Shown here: piece by piece, positions 26,508 through 38,580 of the stretch
Numbering within the stretch: the stretch's first letter is position 1
Layout: every line of letters starts with the position of its first letter
NCBI GenBank assembly: GCA_028534125.1
Contig: CM052817.1
Span: forward strand, 66,466,001-66,530,000
Direction: 5' to 3'
Source of the DNA: Lama glama
Lineage: Eukaryota
DNA length: 64,000 nucleotides
The notes under the pieces: model-generated
Seen by the model: the letters and a program-made list of their open reading frames with translations, nothing else
Database searches by the model: none
What the model was told of the DNA's origin: nothing
Program-made: the position numbers and the translations under genes

Positions 26508-26906
26508 AAAACACGAAAGACATCATCATGGTATATGAAGAAGATGCTGAAGAATGGGCTTTGTACTTGAGGGAAGTTTTTTTACATGTTGTGAAAAGGG
26601 AAGCCATCCTGTTACATCGCTTGGAGAATTACTCTCCTCCAGATTTGGAATTGCTGAATTTAAACTCTTACAAATGTAAACTTTTGATATTATCAAACAG
26701 CCTGCTTGAAAACCTGACTCCGAAGAAGTGTCAGTTTCTGGAAAACATACTTCTTTCACCAGAAAGTGTGGTTACTCTGCTGTGTGGAGTGAAGAGTTCA
26801 GATCAGCTCTACAAATTATTAAATATCTCTGGAGGCAGATGGGAGATCTCAACTGAGCAGGAGCCTGAAGACTACATCTCTGTAATCGAGAGTGTCATAT
26901 TCAGAG
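26508..26906 (+). CDS. BANK1: BANK1 exon 2 (N-terminal TIR-like domain), 399 bp, phase 1-1
   Basis: Acceptor ttctcttttccag|AA (AG at 26506-26507) and donor AGAG|gtagtg. Translation NTKDIIMVYEEDAEEWALYLREVFLHVVKREAILLHRLEN...QEPEDYISVIESVIFR closely matches recalled mammalian BANK1. Length is divisible by 3. Confidence 0.96.
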
Positions 26907-28289
26907 GTAGTGTTGCCAAATCATCTTACTTGTTTTTTTTTTTTTTTTGAATTTATGAATATCCGATGTTAGGATTAGAAAAAAAGAAAAATGAAAGCCA
27001 ACTTTATTTAATAGTATGTTACTCTTTCCTCAAAATGCATAGAGGTTATTAATGTTTAGCTATATTCCAATCAAGGCTTATTGATTATTCAAAAATGGTT
27101 TATAAGCATTTTCCTTAGGGTAGCCTGTACGAGATTACGCTTGGTAGAACAAGTATGGTATGCTAGGCTATATATCACTTTGGTTCTGGAAGCTGATTTC
27201 TTAGTTAACTAGTGAGGCTTGAGTTAATATTGTCTGTCCTAGTATTGGTACCAGTCAGTAGCAGTCCAAGGTTTGAAGGTCTGGGTTAGAGTTGTAGAAC
27301 TGAAATACTGTTACTTTTAATAATTTTAAATAACAGATTTAGTTTTAATCGTATAGGCATTTCATTAAACGGTGGAACCCAAGTACCCATCCATTAATGA
27401 ATTACAGTTTCATGTAATATTCGAAACACTGAAGCTTAGTAGTGCTAAAGCTTCTCTCTCCCCCCGTGCTGCAGCCTTGGTGTGGGAGGGCTGCTGTGCT
27501 CAGCTGCTTTCCTGAGTTTCTCAATTTATATTTTACCTTTAAGTTCCAGTGTTCCAGCTATGGTGTCTTCTCCTGCAGAGAAGTGGTAGGGTTCTTGCTT
27601 TCTACTGGCCATATCAGATATTAAGTGTTGGCTCTTTTCCTTGGAGCGTATTTCTGGACTCCTTAGAAATCTCCTCATTCCCTGGGGATATCTCACCTCA
27701 GTTCCCTACTGAGACACATGTTTCCTCTCCTCCAAGCTCCTAGCTGTGGTGGTCAGCCCCATATAGATTCTTACTTTTCTTTTCTACGGCTTCCTCATGT
27801 GTCTCTCTTGATCAAAATCACTGAGAATCTGCCTGCCGGCCCTTTCTCCCACCTGGCCCACGTCTGTCTGCAAAATTATTCATTTTTCTTTTGCTCTGAC
27901 AAACTCTGGGCACACAAGCCATTCCTAATATAGACACCATGGCCCTGCCCTCAGAGCAGCAGTGCACCACAGCCTCTTGCCTTTAGTCATTTCCAAACAT
28001 GAGTCCAGCACGGATCTTGGTGTTCTGTAAAACCAGAGAGCACCTGTCAGTCCCAAAGGGTTTGCAGGAAGCCCTTGTCCCTATGCTTGAGGATGGTGAT
28101 GTCCCTCAGGTATCCCTGGGTGGGCGATGGTGGGACTCACGGCACATCAACCGCTCTCTTTGTATTTGAAGTCTAGTGACTTCGCCATAGTGTTCTCCTT
28201 GTGCTGACTGTTCTGCACTGTTTTGCGCAGGGACATGGTTACTTTTTGTGTTTGTTTATTGTTTTTGTTTTCTTTTTCTTTTTTGGGGG

Positions 28290-29350
28290 GAGGATCTTTT
28301 CCCCAAGATGTAGGTTCAAGTCTTCTTTTATTTCAGGAACAATTTCTTGACTTACATCTTTAAATATTCACTCTATCTTGCTATTATTGTTTTCTTTTTC
28401 AGAGATTCCATTTATATGTACGTTGGACTTATTTTGTCCATAATATACATTACAATTTCTCTCTCATTCTTTTTGATTCTTTATTAATATCTGTTACTTA
28501 GCTTGTATTTTTCATTTCAATCCTTGTTACTTTCTTATACTTTCAGTACTCTCCTCCTGTATTATTTCAAATTTCTTCATGTTGCTTTTACTTTTTTTGT
28601 TTCTTTTACCATTTGATTGAGCACTGGAAGCTTATAATTCATCTCTTGTTCTTATGTTGCTAACCTCTCCATGACACCTTGGATTTCTGCACTGTGTAAT
28701 TGCTTCAGAAAGGTAATTGCTATTCATTACATTTTTAAATTTCATGGAGAAATGTATGGTCACAATTTTCCACTTTTTTAATGGCAATATGTTTTATGTT
28801 TTTAGTATGTGATTCTTTATGTGCAATTCTCTCTCTCTCTCTCATAGTCTCTTTATACAGATCCTGTGCTGGTCCAATTTCTCTTTTTTATCACTGAACA
28901 AAGTAAGTTTTTCTTGGTCTAGCCAATGGAGATAGGCAGTATGGGTTTTTTGTTCTGTTCTGTCTCCCTCACCACCCCCAACCCACCAACAATGAAAGAC
29001 TTTATTTTTCTGTTTTCATAGATCTAGGCTGCTTTCTACAAATATATCTATTCTGTATAGTTCCCCCATTTAGCTTCATGTTTTCTGCTTTTTGGAACCA
29101 AACCACTTCCACAGATGATTCTGTCTGAAACCATTGTATCATGTCACGTCCTAGACTTAGAGGAAGCTGTTTGTCAGCTCTTTTTGAGATCTGATTTTGG
29201 AACCATTCTGTTGACCTGGAGGTCTAAGAATTCACCGTTTGTTATTTTCAGTAAATAGGGCATTTGCATAACTTCCTCATTCTCTATGTTTTGGGATAAT
29301 TTATAGGAATAAAAAAGGGGAAATGTTGACTCTACACTATAATTTTCAAA
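28290..29350 (-). mobile_element. Old L1M ORF1/5' region fragment
   Basis: ttcagagattccatttatatgtacgttggactt-type antisense ORF1 text in very T-rich sequence. Confidence 0.5.
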
Positions 29351-31914
29351 CTGGCAGTCCTCAAGTTTCTAACAATCTCTGTTATTTTTAATTTTATTTC
29401 TGTTTGGCATTCCCCAAGAACACTAAGTTTTTTTGGTTGAAAAGGAAAAATATTGGGAATTATGCAAAAATTACAATAAAATGCACATAAAGTACAAGTA
29501 ATTTTATGTTAATTATCTCCTGAGACAGAGGAACACTAAAAATTCATGGCAAAATTTTGAGTATTTCTCCACATCCATCATTTTTATGTCCTTGAAGAAC
29601 TCAAATTGTTTTGGCCACTTAAATTATGATGTCACTATTGTGTAAAAATATTGAGGAAATGCCTTTTAGTTGTTTTGTTTTATGATGAGTACCTTTGGGT
29701 GGCTATGTCAGTAGTTCTACTATATCTTCATATAATATTCCTATTGATATTTGATAGGAGATAAGCTTATGTCTTATGGACAACACAGGACTATTTTGAA
29801 GACACTATTAGCTCTCATCTTCCTGCATTCAATTTTTAGATTCTAATTTCTTATAGTAACTTAGATGCACCTACCAAGTAGAAAATATAACAATGCTGCA
29901 TGGAAAAAGACATTCAACGATGATAAATTTGTCTGAACTACAAGATGCAACCAGAATGTAGATCTATGAGCAATTTGCAAACCATGCCTACAGTAATTTT
30001 TATGTATGGATTGTGTCCCTTGACAAAACTGGTATTAATTGCTGTGGTCAATGCAATAATAATTTGTTTTAATAAACAGCTTAAATGTTCTGCTATGTTA
30101 TTTTGTTTCATAGTACCTTTTGTGTTGAATACATGAAGTCTTTTTTTTTTAATGGGAAAAGTAGGATAAAAGATGTGGAATTCAAGTTTTACTGTACTTT
30201 TTCTTCTTCCCTTCTATCCCGTAGAGAAATTATACAAGGAAGAAAGGAAATTTGTTATTCAGGAACATTATATGATAAAGAGAATAATAAAAATGCCAGA
30301 AAAATCATGGAAATAATTGAATGTTCTAGTACATTCGTATCAGAAAGACAAATCAGAGGAAATCTGATAAAATTTAATGAAAGAGAAAGATGTTTTATAA
30401 TTAATCAAAGCTCTAGAAAAAACTTTTTAATGTTAAAAAGGATGAAAAAAGATACAGTAATTCATGTCTAATATGAGTATTTTATTTCCTTTTAAGTAAT
30501 TAAGAAAGCCAAATCTCCTGTCTCCTTATCCCCAGATTGGGAGGAATACAAGCCTGCATGTGTTTTCCACCTTTATGTGTGCAGTATAATCAATTTGACC
30601 GTATGTCTTCCTTTTTCTGTCTTCTATTTATGTCTTTAATTTTGGATCTTCATTTTCTCCTTCTAGTCTTTTCACATGTATAGGTTTCGTAGAGCATTGT
30701 TTATATGTAATGCAAACTATCTGATCTCAAATCTGTATATAATCAACTAACATTTATGAGTGTTACCACTGTGCATTTTGTTGTTTATAAATCCTCCCCT
30801 TAAAAATATGTGTACCAGTTTTAATGATCATGGCATGTCTCCTGGGTCTCCTGCCTCCCTTTCTCTTTCTTTTTATATATATTTTGCCATTGGACCCTTT
30901 TAAGCACTCTGGTTTGCTCTCAACAGTTGAGTCAGCTCTCTCCAAGCTTTATTTTATCGTAATTTATATTTACATGGAAATAATAACGTTCATATTTATT
31001 TCATATTTATCATACTTCTTTATTATCAAATTGTAGCTATAATGGTGGTAGGAAAGCTGCTAATTCTTTCATTAAAACCTTAACATTTACATTTTGTTTT
31101 TGTATTACCAAACCAAGGATTTCCAATTTTTAGCTTCATTAAACCTAAAATAAGAAGTCTTAAATTAAGAACAGCAATGTAATAGTAGAGCTGTTGGAAA
31201 AACAAAACAAGAAAAACGACAACACAATGCGTAGAAACGTTTGTTTTTTCTACCTTCCATCTGAGCTATATAATGCTGTAAGAGCTCTGGTTTGCTGGTC
31301 AGTGAGGTCTCATGGCCTTTCAAATGAAGTCCATTCTTGTTACATGACCTTTCAACTCCAGCATAGATGTCCAGGCCACTTCTGTCATTACCATTAGTGT
31401 GGTCATGTGCTGCACACTAAGTTAATTGCATCACCTCCCATTGAACACAGTCTCCCGTTTCTTCCTTAATATCATTGTGCTTATGCTGCCTCCTTTATGT
31501 GGAATACTTTTCCCCATGTTTTCAGTTGAAATCCCAGGCATCCTGCAAGGTCAGTTGAAAAGCTGCTTTATCAATTAATTCATTTCAGATCCTTTCTGCT
31601 TGAAAATATTCTCATCCCTAGCTCTATGAAGTTTTTATTATTGTTTACTTATGTCTCTCATTATATTCTTCATGATTATTTTTTGACAATTTATTTTCTT
31701 CTCCTCATTACTTTCTGTTTCAAAAATGTAATGCTGGTAACTTTCTTTCTAAAATATTTCAGTATTATAAACATGCAGAAAGAGAACAGAAGAGTACAAA
31801 TTGTGTTTTTAAGTGCAGATTTATAGATGTTTATTGGTACAGCTGGGTTTTCACTTTATTAATAATGAAAAGGTTTACTGCGGTATTCTTGCCAAGACTA
31901 CATAACCTGAAATT

Positions 31915-32790
31915 TGGGAGGGTTCAAGATGGCAATGTAGGAAGATCCTAAATTTATGTCTTCTCATGGAGCAAACAAATCTACAACTATATATATGGAA
32001 TGATTCCCTAAGACAGGGACTATGTCCAAAAAAACTGTAGGAAACAGAAAACCCACTCAGAAAAGGCTTGCACACTTCTCACTCAGCATGAAAACCAGTC
32101 CAAAACTACCAGATTGAAAAGCACATGGCCCATAGGTGTAGGGGACCCATTTACTAATCTTGAAGAATCTGAAGCATCTGCCAGAGAGGCAAGGACAAGT
32201 TGGGATTCTCCCCAGAGACTAAGAGACTGGCAGGAGCTTTTTTTGTGTGTGTGCCATCTCAGGCTACCTTCCTAATGCTGACACTGGCAGGTGCCATTTA
32301 AAAATTCTTCCTCTAACCTGTTACCACCAGTGGGCAGGCCCTGCTGAGAGTCACACCTCGGATGGACCTTGAAGCCAGGCCGGGGCCAGCCCTGCTCACC
32401 AGTGTGCTGTAGCAACGTGGCTCAGCCACAACAGGAAGTTTCACAAAGTCCATGTGCCCCCAGGGGGACACCCCTTGAGCACCTGGCTCTCGTGGCTAAG
32501 CAGAATTCTGCTTCTGAGCCCCACAGGACATCTTCTCAATAAGGCTACTCCTTCAAGACTTGGAGAGAGAGCTGATTTACCTAATACACAGAAACAGAGA
32601 ATTCGGCAAAATGAAGAAACAGAGGAGAGTGTTCCAATCAAAAAAACAAGACAAATTTCAGAAAATTATATAAATGAAAGAAGAGAGGCAATCTATCTGA
32701 TAATGAGCTCAAAGTTTTGGTCATAAAGATGCTCACTGAACTCAAGAGAAGAAAGGATGAACACAGAACACCAACAAAGAGATAGAAAAC
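31915..32790 (+). mobile_element. L1 5'UTR plus start of ORF1 (decayed; 3' part absent)
   Basis: Starts gggagggttcaagatggc, the typical L1 5' end with a YY1-like AAGATGGC. ORF1-like ATG at 32611 (MKKQRRVFQ) and ataaagatgctcactgaactc. Confidence 0.8.
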
Positions 32791-32802
32791 ATGAATGTAT
32801 GT

Positions 32803-32827
32803 CTGTGTGTGTGTGTGTGTGTGTGTG
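32803..32827. repeat. (TG)n microsatellite
   Basis: About 12 TG units. Confidence 0.9.
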
Positions 32828-33594
32828 ATTATTAGCTAAATATCCTGAGTCATCTCCGACACATACCTGTAGTTCTGAGAGAGGAACAAAAAGCAGAGTA
32901 AGCACATTCTTGTGTTATGTGCTGATAGTTTCGTGTCTTTGAGAGGTTATGGCTTTTGAGGGAGGACATAGTTCAGTGTATGCCCCATGAAGTTAGACCG
33001 AATTATCCTTTGGTTGGCATTCATGGAGCCTCCAAATGTCTATTTTGTATGTAATAACGTAGCATTTTACTGCCATTCATTCTGTTGGATGGGGCCGGGG
33101 TCATCTGGCACGAGAACTCATGTTCACTCTGTACTGTTTACTTATCTTTTATTCTATGTAATGTTGTAGCCCTTTATGTCAAGTACCATGTCTTATGTCT
33201 TCTACTCTGGTTTGTTGCCTATTGTATATATTGTGTTTCTTAGAAAAATTGAGTGGTTCAAAAACATTAGATAATGATTAGGAATCATAATCTTGTATGA
33301 GTTTCTCCCCCAAATTTCCTACATAAGATGAATTTTTAAAGGGGGAACTTTTTTTTTCTATTAAACAAGTGTTAAATAAGTATATGTTCCTGCAGAAACC
33401 CTGTTACTTGCTTCTGAGCCCAGATTGGTAGGCGTAGCAAAGCACTGACTTAATTAGGAATACTTTCCATCTGATATTACTGTGATGATTAAGCTTTTAA
33501 TACATTTAAAGAGTGTACACTTACAAGAATTCCTGGCAAAGAATCTGTGCTCAATAAACATAAGCTAGTTTTATTACTTTCCTGTCTATACATA

Positions 33595-33715
33595 AAATGA
33601 GAAGAAGGAAGAAAAGAAGGAAGGGAGGGAGGAAGGGAGGGAGAAGCGAAGAAGGAGGGAGGAAGGACAAAAGAGGAGAGGGGAAGTTGGGGAGGAGGAG
33701 GAGAAGGGAAGAAGT
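33595..33715. repeat. Purine-rich (GGAA/GGA) low-complexity tract
   Basis: gagaagaaggaagaaaagaaggaagggagggaggaaggg... Confidence 0.8.
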
Positions 33716-34879
33716 ATCTGAGAGTTGGGGACAGATGCAGAAGGAGAGACAGGTACCCTAGGACTGCAAATAGAGGTCAAGGTGTGATAGATTGAGCAAG
33801 AAGGAGAAATCAGAGTGGTGGATGGAAAGCTCAAGGTTGAAAGAGTGTCAAGGAAAGTAGTGAGTCAAATATGAAGTAAACAGTAAAAAAAAAAAAAAAA
33901 AACCTAAATAAAACGAACGAACAAACAAAACCCCCAAAACTAGGAGAGGTTAGAGTTCAGGAAACAGAAAACAGGTGGCAATTGAAGTAGGAAGAAATAG
34001 GAAGAGAATTGATTTGTCACCAAGGCTGATAACAAAGAACAGATTCATTTATTTTTGGATTTACACCTACTCCTTTGTTGGGCCCAGGGCAATCATCAGG
34101 TGAGGGCCTGAGGCTTTGGACCCCCGCTCAGAAAACAATGCCTGCGCAGAGTAGAAAGGAGGAGACTGGAGAGAAGTGCTGTTTCTATTTCCGGTAACTT
34201 ACCAGGTAATGGCTTGTTTTCTCACGAGCTGGATGTGGTGAATATGGACAAAAGGATATACATGTTAAAAGCAGGTGGAAATTCTGTTTTCTAGTGGTTT
34301 TAGTTCATTTTCACAATTTGATGTGTTTGGGCTTTCTCTAATAAATAAGGTGAATGAATTAGAATCACTCCTCCTGGCTTAAGTTCGCAGTTTTCAAAAT
34401 TGAAAGTTTTTTTTTTCTTGGTCAGAACTTACAAATGTTAAATTAAATTTACTTGTTTTATGAAGTAAAGAAAGTCTTGTCTAATTGTTTCATTAAGGGA
34501 GCCCTCTTACATTGTTCCAACCTTAACGTACTAGGAAGAAGAAGAGGAATAAATGCCCATCATTATTCACTGGGTGGGTCTCTGTCCATCTCCATCATTC
34601 TGTTCAGAGTAGTGGGGATGGGGCTGGACAGAACCTCAGAGCCCTGGCTCTCCCTAGTTTCACAGTCTCTGACAGTGAGTTGTGAAGGAGGAAGAGTAGC
34701 AGAGGCCATGGAAATAAACATTAAATGAGTTCCCCTGTGGCTGGTGCATTCGAAGTTCAAGAACCACTGGTCTAGACTGTCTCATAAGTAAAATGTTTAT
34801 TAATAGATAATTAAGTATTTCTCAAAGAAGTAGAAATGGTGGCTTTGCCCATTTGAAATTAGCATCTCTCCTTTGTTGT

Positions 34880-37800
34880 TTGAAATAGTTGGAATGCTCC
34901 TCAATTTATCTATCCATTTTATTATCCACATAAATTGTGACTATTTACAGAGGTCATTAGTTTTGGTTTTGTTCAATTAACAAAGTTACAAATGTTAGGA
35001 ATACTTTTTGCATGACTCTGCTGGTGCACAAGTGTTAGTTTGGGGGCATAGGTCCAGGAAAAAGATTGCAGTCATAGGATTTGTGCATGTAAATTTAATG
35101 CAAATTGTCTCCTCAACGCAGTTGTATGGAATTGCTTCTTGTATGAGTCCTCAATGCTTCCCATTCTCTTCAATACTTGGTACCCTCAGAATTTTTAGTT
35201 TTCGGTTTAGTGGATGTGAAAGTATATTTTCTCGTAGATATAACTTACATTTTCTTGATTGCTAATGAGCGTTTTCTCATATAGTTACACATTTATATAT
35301 TCATATATTTCAGTCTCCAGTTTTGTTCTATAACATGCTTCCTCATGTCTTTTACTCACTTTGTCTTTTCATTTATTGAATAATTTAAAAATATTTAGTT
35401 CTGTAGTTTATAAATATCTTCTCAGAGTTTGAGTTTGGGGCTTAAATTTTTAACTTCCTTTTTAATAGTTTTGATAAACAAGCTCTTAATATAGTTGAGT
35501 GTATCAATAGTTTTCTTTTAGCTTACTACTTGTTATATCCTAGAAGTCTTTGCCTCTTAGGTCTTACAGATATCTTCTAAAATTTGAAACTTTTAACTTT
35601 CTCATTAAATAGGACATCCATCTGGAATTAATTCTGTGTGCAATGTGAAGTTGGACTCCAGATTATTTTATCCATTGTGAATTAATTACCTGTTCTTTGA
35701 ATGTTTCGATTGAATTATTTAAGAGTTTTGGAATCATTCAGGTTTTCTATTTGAGTAATTTTTGTTATTTTGTTTTTCTAGAAATTTGCTGATTTTGTTT
35801 TCAAATTTACCTTTATAAAATTGTTTATAACATTTCTTTATTTTTAATGTCTGCTCTACATAATGTCTGCTCTCTTTATTTCTAAGATAATTTATTTGTC
35901 TCCTTTTGTTTTATATCAGTTAACCTTCCCAGAAGTTTGTCAATTTTATTTGTCCTTTCAAAAGACAGTCTTTTAAATTAAAGAAACTTTTCTATCATAT
36001 ATTTTTCTATTTTAGTTATTTTATGCTATATTTAATATTTCTTTCTTTATACTTTATTTCAGTTTTTAAAATACTTAGCTCATGGATTTATCTAACCCTT
36101 CTGTTTTTCCTTTCTATGGTAAATATTTAAGGCTATAATTTCTTGCCAAGTAATTCTTTATCTATATCCAATAAGCTCTTACAACACTTTTCATTATTAT
36201 TCAGTTCCATTTATTTTCTACTTTTATTTTGATTTCTTCTTAAGTATTACAAATAAACAGGAGTATGGGCTTTAATTTATCTTTTTGTCATTCACTTCTA
36301 AATTTTGTTGTGTGGTCAGAGAATTGTGGTCTATTATTCAGGTAGTTTGAAATTTACTGAGTTCAATCTATGGCTTGGTATTTGATTGATTTTTAAAATA
36401 TTCCATGTGTGCTTGAAAAGAACACTTATCTCTGTATTTGGAATGCACCATTATTTATGGCCATTAGACCAAGCTTGTTATCTATATGTTATAGCTTTTT
36501 ATAGTCTTATTTTGAGCTATCTTTTTATCTTTGCTCTGTCTTTGTATATCAGGTGTGTATTTTATAAATGGTCCATAAGTGGATTTTAAAAATTCAGTCT
36601 CAGAATCTTAATATTTTAATGTATAATTTAAGCAATTTGTATTGATTGTGATACCTGATGCATATGGGTTCAATTCTTCCATCTTATTTATTGCTATTCG
36701 TTCCATTTTTTCTTGTTTCTTTTTTCTTTTTTTTTTGCCTTTTTTGGGATTGAGTTCCTCCTTATTCCATTTGCATGCTACTTTATTCTTTTAGTGATAT
36801 TCTAGAAATTTCAAGATATATGCTTAGCAACTAACTTACTAAAAATTATCTTTAATTACTATTATCTTTAATGATTATCTTTCCTTTCCACTGAAAAATG
36901 AAAATGCCATTTGTAATGCTTTAACTGTAAAATCATCTCTTTTTCCAACTTTTCAGGATAATTATTATTTTTTAGTTTTTTTCACATTTTTTATGTTCAT
37001 AGAATCAATATTTGTTTAACTTAAACCACCTATTTACAATTTTCTTTGTATTCCATTTTTTCCTTTCATCTAAAACTCTTCCTGGGATCTTTTTTTTTTC
37101 CCCAAGAAGCATATCTTTAAAAATTGTCCTTGATGAGCTCTGTTGGTAATAAGCTATCACAATTTCAATTTCTGCAAAAATGTCAGATTTGCATCATTAT
37201 TGAAGATAGTCTCACTAGATATAAAAGTTCAGCTATTTTCTCTCAGTTCTTGAGAATACTGTTCTACTCTCTTCTCACATCCGTGTTGCTGCTGAGAAGC
37301 TGGTTATCTAGCAACCACTCATCTATAGGCAATCTATTTTTCTCAGTAGCCAGCTCTTAAGATCTTGCTGTATTTGAGTTTCTTCAGTTTTATAGCAATG
37401 TGTCTAGATATTTAACTTTTTAACTTATCCCATATGTAATTACTTGAGTTTTTTAGATTTGAGATTCCATGTCTTTTCATAATCTGAAAAACGTTCAGCC
37501 TTTACATCTTCCCTCTTCTCCATTCCTCCAGGTACCTCCTGCACCCGATTAAGCGCAGGTATGACTTCTCATTCTCCCTGTGTGTCTCTAAACCACCCTT
37601 TCCCATCTGCTCTCCCTTTGTTCCTCTTGCTTCCTTCTACTTAATTTCTTCAGATTTATCTTTTGGATGACAGATTCTTCAGCTGTTTCTCATCTGCGTC
37701 TGACAATCTTTATTGAGGTTTTCATTTCAGTTATTACATGCCATAACATTTTTCACTTCTTAGAGCTCAGTTTGGGTATTTGATCAAAGCCTAGTGCATC

Positions 37801-38580
37801 TTAATAGTCTTTGATTTCTTCACAACCTCATTCTCTTTTGTAAATTTCTTTCATTATATTAACACTTATTTATATTCTTTTTCTAAAAATAGTCATACGT
37901 GGATTGCTGGACTGGTTCTCCAAGGCTTTTGTTCTTTTAAGTATTTTTTTCATTGTAATTGATGGAACATGGAACTTTATCTGTATAAATCCTTTGAGGC
38001 TTGATTTTAACATATTTTGCTAAAGAAAAGATTTAGGTCTGTTTCTGCCAGGAACTTGAATTTCCACCTGGGACCACTTTAAACTAAATTTTTGGCCTGC
38101 AGTTTTCTGGCAGTTTTTAAGGTAGAATCTATCCAGGTCCTAAACTCAACATGAATGCTCTTAGTTTAGGAGGTTTCTGGAAACAGTCTTTCTACTTTCC
38201 TATTCCACCCAGAGTCAAGGCTGAGAAAAAAAAAAAAAAGTTTTGAAGCTTTGAGTGTCCCAATTGATAAGAAGATTTTTGGTCTGATCTCTCACTTTGC
38301 TCACACCCTGAATTTGTCTCCTCTCCAGTGAATGCGATGCTCCTAAAAACCCAGTACCACAGGGACTGGCAGAAAAACTCAGAGCAAATGTGGGTTCCAC
38401 TGTATTCCCTTAACATTATGGATTTGTGCCTATTTATTGTTTTAGCCTCTGAGAAATTTTCTTATGTTACCTTCAGTAATTCATGAATGAAAGCATATTG
38501 TTATTATTAATATTATCCTTTATAGTGTTTTAGGTTCAGTATACAGGAATTGATAAGTCTTAATCTCTAGTCTGTTCTAC
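34880..38580 (-). mobile_element. Long, heavily decayed antisense L1M (3' part, ORF2, ORF1 pieces)
   Basis: Successive antisense L1 motifs: catttcttgattgctaatgag, atatttaaggctataatttc, tgtggtcagagaat, tgttgctgctgagaag, cagttttatagcaatgtgtctag. Confidence 0.7.

Noticed and set aside
26528..26950. 140-aa ORF as a stand-alone single-exon gene
   Set aside because: It is BANK1 exon 2 read through the donor. The tail after IFRG is intronic.
30085..30471. 128-aa K/R/I-rich ORF
   Set aside because: Its composition follows from A-rich DNA. No recognisable homology or convincing exon boundaries.
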